Below, one piece after another: positions 19,758 to 29,767 of a DNA stretch of 64,000 nucleotides. Below the pieces are notes generated by a model that saw only the letters and a list, made by a program, of their open reading frames with translations, ran no database searches and was not told the DNA's origin. Position 1 is the first letter of the stretch, and each line of letters starts with the position of its first letter. Position numbers and translations under genes: made by a program. Source of the DNA: a virus; the IMG/VR virus record IMGVR_UViG_3300024978_000198. One strand, given 5' to 3'.

Positions 19758-21362
19758 TCAGATCGTCGCTAGTGCGCCGAGTGCGAACGCTCGTGACTGC
19801 GGGTCTGCCTTGTGCCGGCCGGCACCGAGCAGACCGCCGTGCTTTCCGGTCATCAGCGCTGGGACAGCGCAGGAGAGGATCTCGAACGCTTCGTAGCCGC
19901 GTTCCCCATGCGCGTATTCCTTGCCCATGTAGGTATCCGCCCAGGTGCCTTCACGAACGATTTCGACACCGTTGCGCCTCGATTTGTGGTAGATGCGAGC
20001 AGCGTTTTTCGCACCGTCTTCGGATGCTGTTCGGCGCTCGAAGTGCGCGCGTTCCATGTCCGTCAAGCCAGGAACCGTGTGCTCGAATCGGTGAGCGAAC
20101 TCGTGCACCACGGTCCGGTAGGCCTCTTCACCTTTGGTCTTCGGGTTCTCTACCATGAGCTTCGAGACGCGCGCCCCGCGTTGTTCCTTCATCTGGTATG
20201 CGGGTCGCCGCCATGACTTCCACTCGCCGTCTTCTATGCCCGGCGTCCGTTCCCATTCCTTACCGCGGGTCGGCTTGTTCCTTCGATATTCCCATGACGG
20301 CCGGTACCACACGCGTGTCTGCCGATCCACGAAGCTGATCTTTCCCGTCTCCGGGTCAATGACCCGACGGGTTCCCCAGGCGACGTCACCGGCAACCATG
20401 CCTTCATGGTTCGGATCGTTGGGATTCGGCTCAAAGTCGAGTTCCTGCAGCGTGCTGTTCATCGATCGAACCCGGCTGATCTCAACACTGAGTCCGTCGC
20501 GCTGATAGTAGGCACGCCCTCGGGCACCGCGATCGCGGCCGATCGGCTCTAGGTGCAGCGGGCGCTCACGGGCAATCTCATTGGACGACTCGACCCAGTC
20601 GGAGGGGTAGCACTCCATTGCACGAGTGACGTTCTGTTCGACAAGCTTGCTGTTCGCGCCGGTGTACACGTGATCCACTGAGCCCCCCATGGGCCGGATC
20701 TCACCGAGGATTGTCTTGTAGGCATTTGCGAGTTGGAACATAGCGGCGTCGATCTCGGGGCCATTATTCAACGATGTTTCGGCAATTCGACGATGAAATG
20801 AGATGTACTCGGCGAAGGCTTCGTCGTACTGCTTGCTCTCAGGCGAATTGCGCAGTTCATTGTAGAGCTCTGCTGAGTAGTGACCATCGGGCATGATTCG
20901 GTCCCGCATTTCGGCAAGCTTCTTGTTGGCTGCGTCGGTCTTCTCTTTGGCGACCTGTGCTTGTTGCTGGAGCTCAGCGGTCAGAGACTTGCGTTCATCG
21001 ATCAGCCGATGGACATCGACGCCGACACGGCGGTCCGCCTCGTCTGCGATCCGCTGTCCCAACTCGCTCAATTCACGCTCGGCGCGAGCGGTCATCTCCG
21101 GTAGAGCTTCGTATTCGCCGTCAGCGAGATCAGAGGGTCGAGATGATTTGATTCGAGAAATGTCAGCGATCAGGAGTCGAATCTCTTCGGCATGCGCCTT
21201 CTCTGCGAATGGGTTCCACCTACTGATCTCATTGGCCGGCGCGCCGTCCGGCTCCCACTCATCTAGTGTCACACCGGATTCGCAGCGCACCTTAGCCAGG
21301 AACTGGCCCCCGATGGGGATGCCGGCCCGGGCCCGAGGCCTTCGGGATACGTCGACCGGCAT
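19758..21362 (-). CDS. GGQF-tagged protein with a C-terminal HExxH zinc-peptidase-like motif
   Basis: PRARAGIPIGGQFLAKVRCESGVTL; VVHEFAHRFEH and downstream AFEILS; class B motif at 21390-21401 followed by a short leader with AAGGAGG. Confidence 0.8.
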   Translation of the reverse strand: MPVDVSRRPRARAGIPIGGQFLAKVRCESGVTLDEWEPDGAPANEISRWNPFAEKAHAEEIRLLIADISRIKSSRPSDLADGEYEALPEMTARAERELSELGQRIADEADRRVGVDVHRLIDERKSLTAELQQQAQVAKEKTDAANKKLAEMRDRIMPDGHYSAELYNELRNSPESKQYDEAFAEYISFHRRIAETSLNNGPEIDAAMFQLANAYKTILGEIRPMGGSVDHVYTGANSKLVEQNVTRAMECYPSDWVESSNEIARERPLHLEPIGRDRGARGRAYYQRDGLSVEISRVRSMNSTLQELDFEPNPNDPNHEGMVAGDVAWGTRRVIDPETGKISFVDRQTRVWYRPSWEYRRNKPTRGKEWERTPGIEDGEWKSWRRPAYQMKEQRGARVSKLMVENPKTKGEEAYRTVVHEFAHRFEHTVPGLTDMERAHFERRTASEDGAKNAARIYHKSRRNGVEIVREGTWADTYMGKEYAHGERGYEAFEILSCAVPALMTGKHGGLLGAGRHKADPQSRAFALGALATI

Positions 21363-21443
21363 GTGCCCTCCTTGATTCGTGCTCGATGTATCTATGCGCG
21401 GCCCGAACTTGGGAAAGAGTGAGCAAGGAGTGGATCACGTGTC

Positions 21444-22223
21444 CTATGAACTTGCAGAGCGAACCGCTGGTGCGACGCGCCGACCGGCATTCCAATGGGT
21501 CGCGGAGACGAACGTCCCGTCGGATCCGACAGTGGAGACGGCGGGCTCTCCGCCGGGTCCGTCATCAAGGACGGGGCCGGCCTCTCCGTTGCCAGGATTC
21601 GTGTATCGGGTCACTCTTCGACCACCGGAACCAGTGCATTCAGTGGAGACGAAGTGGCCTTCACGTCGAGGATCCGGGTGGGTGACGACCGTCCCCGGCG
21701 GGTTGTCCGATGTCCACCGGCCATCGGACCATCGTTCGCTGCGCACGGAGCCGTCCGAGTGATAGAGGCGCTCGCACGGCGTTCCGTCGGGAAGATCGGC
21801 TCTGCGCCCGTTTATCACGTGAATCTCGGACGTCAGCCGGCCGTCCTCCGCGTAGTTGGATACCGCAGCGGCAGATCCGTCTGCCGGGTCTTCGGTCAGG
21901 CCCTGTCCGTTCTTGTGCTCAATTTGCGCCACGGCGCCGCCTCGGTAGTACCTCATCGACTTGCTCGGCACACCTTCAATGAAGTACCCGACAGTCCTCA
22001 GCCGGCCTTCCGAATCGAATGACCGGAATGCGGGAGCACCGTCTGGATGGTCGCAGAGTCGGCCATCGGAGTTGCGAATCTCTACCGTGCGGCTGTCATC
22101 GCCCCACGTTCGATCCTTGGTCGAGAATCCGTCATCCAGACGGACGTTGACATCGCTGTGGATAGACGCGGCGAACTGCCCACCGGACGGAACTCCGGAT
22201 TGAACGCGATTGCGGGTTGTCAT
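21444..22223 (-). CDS. GGQF-tagged protein with MORN-like repeats
   Basis: MTTRNRVQSGVPSGGQFAASIHSDVNVRL; repeated DxPDGxPA...DG units; class B motif at 22229-22240. Confidence 0.75.
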   Translation of the reverse strand: MTTRNRVQSGVPSGGQFAASIHSDVNVRLDDGFSTKDRTWGDDSRTVEIRNSDGRLCDHPDGAPAFRSFDSEGRLRTVGYFIEGVPSKSMRYYRGGAVAQIEHKNGQGLTEDPADGSAAAVSNYAEDGRLTSEIHVINGRRADLPDGTPCERLYHSDGSVRSERWSDGRWTSDNPPGTVVTHPDPRREGHFVSTECTGSGGRRVTRYTNPGNGEAGPVLDDGPGGEPAVSTVGSDGTFVSATHWNAGRRVAPAVRSASS

Positions 22224-22261
22224 GTTCGATCTATGCGCGGCTGACCGGCTAACCGCGGACC

Positions 22262-22789
22262 TCAGTCGCCGTATATCTCTGACTGGGCAACCGTTTTCGC
22301 CAATTCGGCAGCCGATTCGCGGTACCGCTCGGTGACCTCCCCGGCGATGGCTCGCCAATCATATCCGTACTGGTCGCTATCACCGGGATGGTCGCCGTCC
22401 TCCCATGCGCCGTGATCGTCGATATCGACGCCGAGAAGCATCTGTGGCTGCCGGTAATCGATATCGGCAGCGAGTTCTTCGCCGTGTTCGTCGTCTTCGA
22501 GTGCAATCGTCATCAGTTCGGCGCTGACCAAAGCGGCGCGGCCGGCAGACAGCGAAGCGCACCCCTGGTCCAGAAGTTCACGAAGCTTGTCGATGGACTC
22601 GGCGGCGTCCGGGTTCGCCTCGTAGAGCGCACTCGCCTTCTCGTACGCCTCGGTCTCCAGCCGATCGGCGCGAATGGCGACTCTCGATCTGACCTCGTCA
22701 CCGAGGGATACTGCTGGATCCGACTTGACCGCTGTGGCGAACTGTCCTCCAGCCGGAACGCCAGCTTCGACTCGAAACTGATTACTCAT
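22262..22789 (-). CDS. GGQF-tagged hypothetical protein
   Basis: MSNQFRVEAGVPAGGQFATAVKSDPAVSL. Confidence 0.8.
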   Translation of the reverse strand: MSNQFRVEAGVPAGGQFATAVKSDPAVSLGDEVRSRVAIRADRLETEAYEKASALYEANPDAAESIDKLRELLDQGCASLSAGRAALVSAELMTIALEDDEHGEELAADIDYRQPQMLLGVDIDDHGAWEDGDHPGDSDQYGYDWRAIAGEVTERYRESAAELAKTVAQSEIYGD

Positions 22790-22794
22790 ACCTG

Positions 22795-22824
22795 ATCTAT
22801 GCGCGGCGCCGAGACGGCACCCCC
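22795..22824 (-). promoter_or_regulatory. Hybrid motif carrying both the GGGGGTGCC box and the class B 12-mer
   Basis: GGGGGTGCC-N9-CCGCGCATAGAT-N5-ATG, linking the two classes. Confidence 0.75.
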
Positions 22825-22866
22825 GGCCGGTGCTCCAATTGCCGACGGAACGAGGGTGCCGTCTCG

Positions 22867-23136
22867 TCAGTCCGGATCAGTCTGCTCGGACGCCTTGCAG
22901 TAGACCAGCAACGGGACAACGACCTCGCCCGGGCATTCACGTGCTTGGCAGGCGTATATCTGGAAATACTTCCGCTCGCCGTCAGCGTCCGGTTCAACGG
23001 CTCGTTCGATGCGGAGGACTTCATCCGGGATCGTCTCGACTGATGCGCCGCATGCCTCGCACGAGACGAGGTCCACGACCCTGGCCACAGGAAGCGCGGG
23101 CATCGGAACCACGACGCGGTTCGAGGGAATGGCCAT
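22867..23136 (-). CDS. Small Cys-containing hypothetical protein
   Basis: CEAC...CQAREC; GGAG upstream of ATG. Confidence 0.55.
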   Translation of the reverse strand: MAIPSNRVVVPMPALPVARVVDLVSCEACGASVETIPDEVLRIERAVEPDADGERKYFQIYACQARECPGEVVVPLLVYCKASEQTDPD

Positions 23137-23233
23137 TTCTATCTCTCCTGTCGGTTGGTAATGACGGTCTTCAGGAGAAGTAGCACGGGCGATCTCGCAT
23201 CAGCGGCAACTTGGCAGCAAAGCCCCAGGTCGG

Positions 23234-24640
23234 TCAGAATGCGGTGGCGGAGGTCACAGCTTTGGGGATCGACTGCAGCACGAGATCGCCGGGGAGTCCG
23301 TCCGCGATGTTCCGATCGAATCCGTACCCGTATCGCCCGCTGATCGGTGCGCCGTGAGCTGTTTTTCCGGTCAAAGCAGCGCGCACCCGTGGGACAGTGA
23401 CCCGTCGGAAGATGCCTCGGGCTTCCCACTCAGGTTCACCCGGCGCGAGTCCATCGGCTAAGAGGTCTACCTGGTCGCCCGAAGATACCTCGTTGGCCGT
23501 GATCGTCACGGTGGACCTGCAGCCGCCGTCGTTGGCGTCGAGCAAGGCCGCCGCATGTGCTGTGGTGCCAGACCCTCCGAACGGGTCAAGAATCAGTGCG
23601 TCGGTCTTGTCGGCGGTAACGAACCGAAGCTGATCAGCTGCCGCGTACAGACTCTTCGCGTAGGGGAAACGTTCGCCGGGAACGAGTTTTGAGAGCAGCT
23701 TCGTGCCGTACCGCCCAGCATCATGACTTGTAACCGACCATGTTGTACCAGGGATCGACGGCGCCTTGCCGGCGACTTCAATGTCCAGCGTCCCGTTCGA
23801 CCTCTCACCGACGACTACATAGTGACCGGAGGCGATCTTGGCCTGCTCCCCCGGCGCCAGGTAGTGGATGTAGGCGTAGTCACCGGAGTATTTCACTTTG
23901 GCGCCGCCGACCATCTTCTTGGCCAGATACCCGCGGGCCGTGTCCGGTGCAATCCGCCATCTACCGTCGCCTCCGGAGCTGGTCTTCGGCCACACTGCAA
24001 CAGATCCACACGGTGCGCTCACCCTTCGCGGATCGTCACGCGGACCAATCGCATCCCCGATAGCCACCACCCGAAAGGTATCCGGATCGACGAACACGGG
24101 ATAGAACATTCCCGGCCGGTCGGCACGTGTCTCATGCTCGCCGCGGCGCACCATTGCGCGCCAGTATGCGCCGGGGCGTTGTGCAGTGTGCGCCGAATCC
24201 CCCCACTCGGCGCCGAGCACCACTGGCGTGATTGCAGCGTCACCGAGCAGCACGTAGAAGATGTACTCGTCAGTCCGGGCGAACTGCCCCTTGCGTGAAA
24301 CTCCCCTCGGGTTGATCACCGTGGTGACCATCTGGATGCGAGCCGTCGGGAACGTCTGTTTCAGCAGGAACCCCAACTGCAGATACTCCTTCTCGTCGAT
24401 CGTTGCGATCAGCGCTGAGTGCTGCGGGTTCATCAGCTGGGAGATCACCGCCAGCCGCTGCCGCATGAACACGCCCCATTCGTCGCCGAACCTGTTCTGA
24501 TACGCCCAGTCAGTTGCGCCTGTGTTGTACGGCGGATCCAGGTAGACGACACCAAACGCGCCGGCGCGGTCCGACAACATCGAGGTCATCACCGGAAGGT
24601 TGTCACCGCAGATCAGTTCGTGAGTACTCGAAGCGGTCAA
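23234..24640 (-). CDS. Orphan amino-DNA methyltransferase, type III Mod-like
   Basis: YLDPPYN, TIDEKE, FPYAKSLYA, LDPFGGSGTT; TTG start overlapping the upstream TGA. Confidence 0.88.
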   Translation of the reverse strand: MTASSTHELICGDNLPVMTSMLSDRAGAFGVVYLDPPYNTGATDWAYQNRFGDEWGVFMRQRLAVISQLMNPQHSALIATIDEKEYLQLGFLLKQTFPTARIQMVTTVINPRGVSRKGQFARTDEYIFYVLLGDAAITPVVLGAEWGDSAHTAQRPGAYWRAMVRRGEHETRADRPGMFYPVFVDPDTFRVVAIGDAIGPRDDPRRVSAPCGSVAVWPKTSSGGDGRWRIAPDTARGYLAKKMVGGAKVKYSGDYAYIHYLAPGEQAKIASGHYVVVGERSNGTLDIEVAGKAPSIPGTTWSVTSHDAGRYGTKLLSKLVPGERFPYAKSLYAAADQLRFVTADKTDALILDPFGGSGTTAHAAALLDANDGGCRSTVTITANEVSSGDQVDLLADGLAPGEPEWEARGIFRRVTVPRVRAALTGKTAHGAPISGRYGYGFDRNIADGLPGDLVLQSIPKAVTSATAF

Positions 24641-25023
24641 AGTTCTGCCTCGTGGCCACGTGCTTTAAGCGACGGCGGATAGTTGAGCGACATTACGCGG
24701 CAGTAATCAGCGAGCGTCATGTGTCCTGTTTGCTCCGGCGTCGCGGCTCCGCTGCCCCACGCGATCACGTCTGCGTGGGCGGCTCGGGCGGCCGTGTGAA
24801 GCTGATCTCGCGACAAGCTATCGAGCGTCGGGTGTTCTATTCGGATGAAGTCTTCTACGAGCGCCGCCATTTCCGGCTCTTCGGTGTCGATCGCTTCGGC
24901 GATCAAGCGCTGGTATCCGCGCAGCTCACGACGCCGGCCCAGTTCAACGCCGGATTCGGAGTGACGATCGGGCGAAAACTGACCGCCCGTCGGAACGCCT
25001 TTCGATACCCGCCCCCGGCTCAT
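24637..25023 (-). CDS. GGQF-tagged small protein
   Basis: MSRGRVSKGVPTGGQFSPDRHSESGVEL. Confidence 0.75.
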   Translation of the reverse strand: MSRGRVSKGVPTGGQFSPDRHSESGVELGRRRELRGYQRLIAEAIDTEEPEMAALVEDFIRIEHPTLDSLSRDQLHTAARAAHADVIAWGSGAATPEQTGHMTLADYCRVMSLNYPPSLKARGHEAEL

Positions 25024-26072
25024 CGATCGGCTCCGTACATCTCATCGAATGTGGACCGACGGATAACAGCGATTCCGCGGTTCGACCGCGCTTTCGCTTC
25101 AGCGGGGTCGTCCACCCCGGCGGCGATCCACAGGCCGGCTTGTTCCGGGGTCATTCCGGCAGAAAACCACGGACGGTACGCTTCGGCAGTAAGGCCGGGA
25201 TTGACGAAATGTACAGCGCTGCCGCCTTCCTCACATTCTGCTGAGGCCTCAGCGGCGGTGAATCTCCGCTGCTTCCATTCGAAAGCTTCCTCGGGGCTGA
25301 AGCCTTCGTCCGCCCAGCTCTTCAGGTCCCCGATCGGGCTGAAGCCGTTCACCTTCCATCGGATCGCTTCGCTGCCGGTGTCGATTCCAATCCGGCAGTA
25401 CGCGGTTGCTTCGGTGACGGTGAACTCGTTATCGATCCAGCTAGGTACGTCCCCGATATTGACGTCATCGGCGAGTTTCGCCCACTCCCGTGCCTGTGCT
25501 GGCTGCGGCATGATCTGCTGCCACGTACGGGCATCTGAGGGATGATCGAACGCCTGGCGCCACAAGATCGCCTCCCCGAGCCGGAATCCTTCGTCTTTCC
25601 ACTCCTTGGCCAAGGCGGGGTCGTCGAACCCGTACGCGCCCCACGTGGTGGCCTCGTCACGGTCGAAACCCTTCTCGAACCAGTCACCGGCGACGACCGG
25701 GTTCGGGAACGACTGGCGCCAGTTCTCTGCTGCCTCGGGCCAGAATCCGGACGCTTGCCAGTCGAACGCGTCGTTGTGATCGAAGCCGCTCCGCTTCCAG
25801 TTCTGTGCGATTTTCGGCGACGGGACGAGGCCGGCCCAGGTGGCGGCATCCTTGTCTGTGAACCCGTGGTCGAGCCAAAGCTGTCTGTCTTCCGGGGTGA
25901 GGCCCTGGTCGGTCCAGCGAGTAGCCTCCTCGGCGGTCAGGCCCACGGCACGCCATTTTGCGAAATCGATCTCGTCAGCCGAAAGAGTTAGCTCGGGGTC
26001 TGCGTGAGGATGCGCAGCGAACTGCCCTCCAGTCGGCACGCCAGGCTGGACCCGAAGCGGGATCCGTGTCAT
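25020..26072 (-). CDS. GGQF-tagged protein made almost entirely of 13-14 aa WxxxGF repeats
   Basis: MTRIPLRVQPGVPTGGQFAAHPHADPELTL; roughly 20 W-anchored units. Confidence 0.85.
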   Translation of the reverse strand: MTRIPLRVQPGVPTGGQFAAHPHADPELTLSADEIDFAKWRAVGLTAEEATRWTDQGLTPEDRQLWLDHGFTDKDAATWAGLVPSPKIAQNWKRSGFDHNDAFDWQASGFWPEAAENWRQSFPNPVVAGDWFEKGFDRDEATTWGAYGFDDPALAKEWKDEGFRLGEAILWRQAFDHPSDARTWQQIMPQPAQAREWAKLADDVNIGDVPSWIDNEFTVTEATAYCRIGIDTGSEAIRWKVNGFSPIGDLKSWADEGFSPEEAFEWKQRRFTAAEASAECEEGGSAVHFVNPGLTAEAYRPWFSAGMTPEQAGLWIAAGVDDPAEAKARSNRGIAVIRRSTFDEMYGADR

Positions 26073-26083
26073 CGAAAACCCTC

Positions 26084-27307
26084 CTACTCGTGCCGGATTG
26101 CTCGATCGAGATCGAGATGGAATCGCCCGCCGCGTTCAAATTTCTCCAGGTAGGGCAAGGTTCCTGGAGTGAGATTCGTCAGGTACATGAATGTCTCGCC
26201 CGGATCCTCCTTGACCGAGATGGCTCGGCCGTTCTTATCGAGGTAGGCGACTGGTTCCAGGTAGAGGCTCGGGCCCCAGTCAAGGTCGACCGACGCCGCC
26301 TGTGGAATCTCTTTGCGGATGTCCAAGGCAGCGGCATGCGCCGATAGTCGCTCGATCACCGTGTTGGCGCCGGCGCGCCCGGCATCCCTGTCGCGGTACG
26401 CCTCCTCCAACGCGTCTGCCACGTCGTTGAGATTCGACTCCCCGTCGATGTCACGATCGGCGCAGGTGCAGAAAGATCGACTGCAGGTCGGGCACTTCTC
26501 GCGCGACTCACTCCACAGGAACGAGCCGTTCTCCCACCATTCGCAGGTGCCGTCAGCCTTCTCAATCGCGGGTCCGCCGACGCGGTGGTACTTGCCGCTC
26601 ACCATCCAGGCGCATGTGCCGTCCGCATTCTCGATAGCCGGTCCGTCGAGACGGTGCGTCTGGCCGTGAATCATCCAGGCGCGAGAACCGTCAGCGTTCT
26701 CCACCGCGGGGCCGTCGAGACGGTGCAACTTGTTTTCCGAATCGTGCCAGGACCGACCTCCGTCAGGTTGCACTCGAACCTGGCCTGCGTCACCGTCCTC
26801 GTATTCAACCGGAATGTGATGGACCTCGTCGTTGATCATCACGGTGATCGGTTGCCCGTCGGTCTGGCCGGAGGTGTCCACCAAGATGAACGTGCCGGGC
26901 CCGGAATCGGGATCTCTCGGCGAGACGAGTACCTCACCAAAGTCGCCTTCGATGCGCTTCTCCGAACCGTCGTAGCGGTTAGCTGCGGCGATCTTCTGCT
27001 CCAGCAGCTCGATCAACTGGGCCTGCTGCGACACGATCGACTCCTGTAGATCGGGCTTCAACCGGTCGAGTTCATCCAGTGCGTTATCGCTCTCTTCAGC
27101 TTTGTCTTGCAGCTCCTGTATCTCGACGGTGTCGCTTTCGATGCCGGCGTGAAGTGCAGAGATCCGGTCATCGAGCGTGTACGTCCTACCGGTAGCAGTG
27201 TTCCTCGGCGATTCCGGAGCAAGCTCGATCCCGGACTCGTCGTGGCCCGCGGCAGCGAACTGCCCACCGGCGGGCACCCCTGCTTGGACGCGCTTCTGAA
27301 TGGTCAC
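26084..27307 (-). CDS. GGQF-tagged protein with a coiled coil and three HRxDGPA repeats
   Basis: MTIQKRVQAGVPAGGQFAAAGHDESGIEL; HRLDGPAVE, HRLDGPAIE, HRVGGPAIE at 23-aa spacing. Confidence 0.8.
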   Translation of the reverse strand: MTIQKRVQAGVPAGGQFAAAGHDESGIELAPESPRNTATGRTYTLDDRISALHAGIESDTVEIQELQDKAEESDNALDELDRLKPDLQESIVSQQAQLIELLEQKIAAANRYDGSEKRIEGDFGEVLVSPRDPDSGPGTFILVDTSGQTDGQPITVMINDEVHHIPVEYEDGDAGQVRVQPDGGRSWHDSENKLHRLDGPAVENADGSRAWMIHGQTHRLDGPAIENADGTCAWMVSGKYHRVGGPAIEKADGTCEWWENGSFLWSESREKCPTCSRSFCTCADRDIDGESNLNDVADALEEAYRDRDAGRAGANTVIERLSAHAAALDIRKEIPQAASVDLDWGPSLYLEPVAYLDKNGRAISVKEDPGETFMYLTNLTPGTLPYLEKFERGGRFHLDLDRAIRHE

Positions 27308-28170
27308 TGCTTGGTGGCCCCTTCCATGCTGGCTAGTGCGTCGCGGTCGTTGTCGCCGATCTGCAGCATCATTCGTTGCATCTGCCCTACCGACAGATCG
27401 ACAGCGCTGAAGAGAGTGGACGGGTCGGGGTCCTTGAGCGTCGGCCGCCTATCGACTTTCACGTCGTAGAGATCGGATCCATTGAGAGTGACGGTTACGT
27501 CCACCCGTGTGCGACCCATGCGGCAGTTGCCCATTTTCAAGCCGTTCCGGACGGCACCTGACCATGCCGCCTTCGCGTCCATGTTTCCGGCCACGATCGG
27601 ACCAATCTGCCGGTAGATAGTGGTGGCGACATTCTTGTCGGCCTCGGTGACCGGGCGAGGCACAGAAGCCGTCTTTAGCCCCCATTTGAGCAGGTAAGTT
27701 CTACCGTCAACGTCATCGTCAATACGACAGTCATCGACGTCCAAGTCGAAATCCTGCGACATCTGATCGAGCATCTCGGCTGCCACATTCCGTCCGTTGA
27801 CTGTTGCTGCAGCAACGGATCGATCACTGTCTTTCCAGCACCGCGCACCACGAATTTCGGACACGAAATTGGCGTGCAGTTCGTGGTCGCCCCAGTTGTC
27901 GGCGTCAAGACTCTCCTTTTCGGCGCGCGCATCCCGCACGGTCCTGAAGTGCGCCGCCATTGCATCCGGATCTGGCGCAGCTTTCGACGCCTGGCATGTG
28001 TGTCCAGGCGGCAGCGCCTCGTCGGGGCGAACGTACTCGTTTCCGCACCGTGGGCATGCGTAGCGAGACGAGTCGGAATGAGCGAGCGTGACGTCCGGGT
28101 CGCCATGGCTCGACGGCGCGAATTGGCCGCCGGCCGGCGTCCCTGGGCGTACCCGCATTTGGTTGCTCAT
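27304..28170 (-). CDS. GGQF-tagged hypothetical protein with a Cys/His knuckle
   Basis: MSNQMRVRPGTPAGGQFAPSSHGDPDVTL; class B motif at 28176-28187. Confidence 0.8.
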   Translation of the reverse strand: MSNQMRVRPGTPAGGQFAPSSHGDPDVTLAHSDSSRYACPRCGNEYVRPDEALPPGHTCQASKAAPDPDAMAAHFRTVRDARAEKESLDADNWGDHELHANFVSEIRGARCWKDSDRSVAAATVNGRNVAAEMLDQMSQDFDLDVDDCRIDDDVDGRTYLLKWGLKTASVPRPVTEADKNVATTIYRQIGPIVAGNMDAKAAWSGAVRNGLKMGNCRMGRTRVDVTVTLNGSDLYDVKVDRRPTLKDPDPSTLFSAVDLSVGQMQRMMLQIGDNDRDALASMEGATKQ

Positions 28171-28744
28171 GCCACATCTATGCGCGGCGCGTGCCGAGTC
28201 ATCGACTCGTAGACATCCGATGGCCCTCCGGGCTCGGACTTCTACCTTCCGAGACGGAAGCGTTTGGTTGGTCTGCTGCTGCCTCGGCGTGCAGCCTGGC
28301 CGAGCCCGTGAACGTGCCGGCGTTGACGAACGGGATGTGCTCACTGAAGCCGGCGATGATGTCTGCGGCCGCCGCGGTCGTGGACGGCTCCTCGCTAGCT
28401 GGAACGGATGGGTATCCAGTTGGGAGCAGGAACAGACCGGCGCAGGAAGCAGATTCTTATGCCGCCGGCTGCACTTCCCTGGTCATGCGTGGAACGTCGG
28501 GGCCTGGTCTGCGGTGGTGCTGGTCGGGGGCCGGGATGCGTGTCACTGATCCCGTGGCCGCGCAGACAAAAAAGCCACACCCTGCCGTGCCCGCAGTTCT
28601 GCATGGTGGAACGACGATCTCAAAGCCTACGGCAGGAAACCCCACTCGACGTCCCTGAAGCTCTGTTCCCAGGTGCGGCGGAAGATCGCGCCGGACCAGC
28701 GCCATCGCGTCGATGAGATCGTCGATCGCCCCCATTGTCGTCGC

Positions 28745-29767
28745 CTACGCCCCGAGATAGCCGCGCAGAGGTTCGAAGTCTGGATCGTTCGGACTGGAGA
28801 ACTCAGCAAGGACGGCTAAGTTGTGCCCGACGACTTGATTGCTCTTCACGCGCTTACCTGTGACCGGACGCATCACCCCATAGCGAACGGTGCCTGTCAC
28901 AGGAGCGACAATCAGATGGGTGCAGCCGGAGCATCCCGCGTCGGCTGCCTGAGCGGATGAAATTGCGTAGAGCTCGTAGGTTGCTGTCTGGTGCCCTTTG
29001 TGTTCGGGCTTGACCTTGAACGGTGCGCGACCAGCACGAAATAGGTTCGGAGAACCTTGCAGCTGCGGATCGAAGCCGCCCGAACGGAGCACCATCGACT
29101 CTTCAGGATCCTCATAGCCGAGGCCATGCCACCGGCGGGCGGCAGCCGGGCCGAACTCTGCGGCGCGCCACCGTGCCGACCGAATTGGCCCGATTCCACG
29201 GGCGCGCCAGACGTCAGCCGTTGCCGGGTCGAATCCGTTTCTCTTCCATTCCCCGGCGTCACCTGCACCGAAGCTGAAACCGGACCAGGCATCGGCCTCG
29301 TCCATACCTGTCTCTGGGTCGAATCCGGCCTTGATCCAAGGGACGTTAAAGTTCGCGTTCCCGCCAGGACCCGAGCGGTTCCACTTAGCCGCAATAGCTG
29401 GGTTGGTCACGCCTGCTTCGACCCAGAGATGCGACTCATCCGCACCGATGCCTTCTGCTGCCCACGCGCTGGACCCCATCTCGTCTCTGGAATCCGCAGG
29501 TTGGGCCACTTCGGCTTCGTCGTCCCGGGATTCCGACGCATCAAGTGCGGCCAGGAAGTCGTCGGTGGCGGCGTTCGATTCGTCGATTCTGTGTTGCAGG
29601 GCAACCCAGTCGTCGAAACCCAACTGAGTGCCCCCGCCAGCCACCTCTCGCCGCCATTCTTCGGCAGTGTAGTCGCCTTCCAGGGACACGCCGGCGTCGT
29701 CGTGAATAGTCGCTGCGAACTGACCGCCGGTGGGAACACCTGGTCGTACTCGATTCTGCATGATCAT
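28745..29767 (-). CDS. GGQF-tagged protein with WxxxGF repeats
   Basis: MIMQNRVRPGVPTGGQFAATIHDDAGVSL; class B motif at 29773-29784. Confidence 0.8.
   Translation of the reverse strand: MIMQNRVRPGVPTGGQFAATIHDDAGVSLEGDYTAEEWRREVAGGGTQLGFDDWVALQHRIDESNAATDDFLAALDASESRDDEAEVAQPADSRDEMGSSAWAAEGIGADESHLWVEAGVTNPAIAAKWNRSGPGGNANFNVPWIKAGFDPETGMDEADAWSGFSFGAGDAGEWKRNGFDPATADVWRARGIGPIRSARWRAAEFGPAAARRWHGLGYEDPEESMVLRSGGFDPQLQGSPNLFRAGRAPFKVKPEHKGHQTATYELYAISSAQAADAGCSGCTHLIVAPVTGTVRYGVMRPVTGKRVKSNQVVGHNLAVLAEFSSPNDPDFEPLRGYLGA

Noticed and set aside
28457-28735. 92-aa ORF in the gap between tagged genes
   Set aside because: The first third looks plausible but the rest is low-complexity with no motif or coupling; not enough support.
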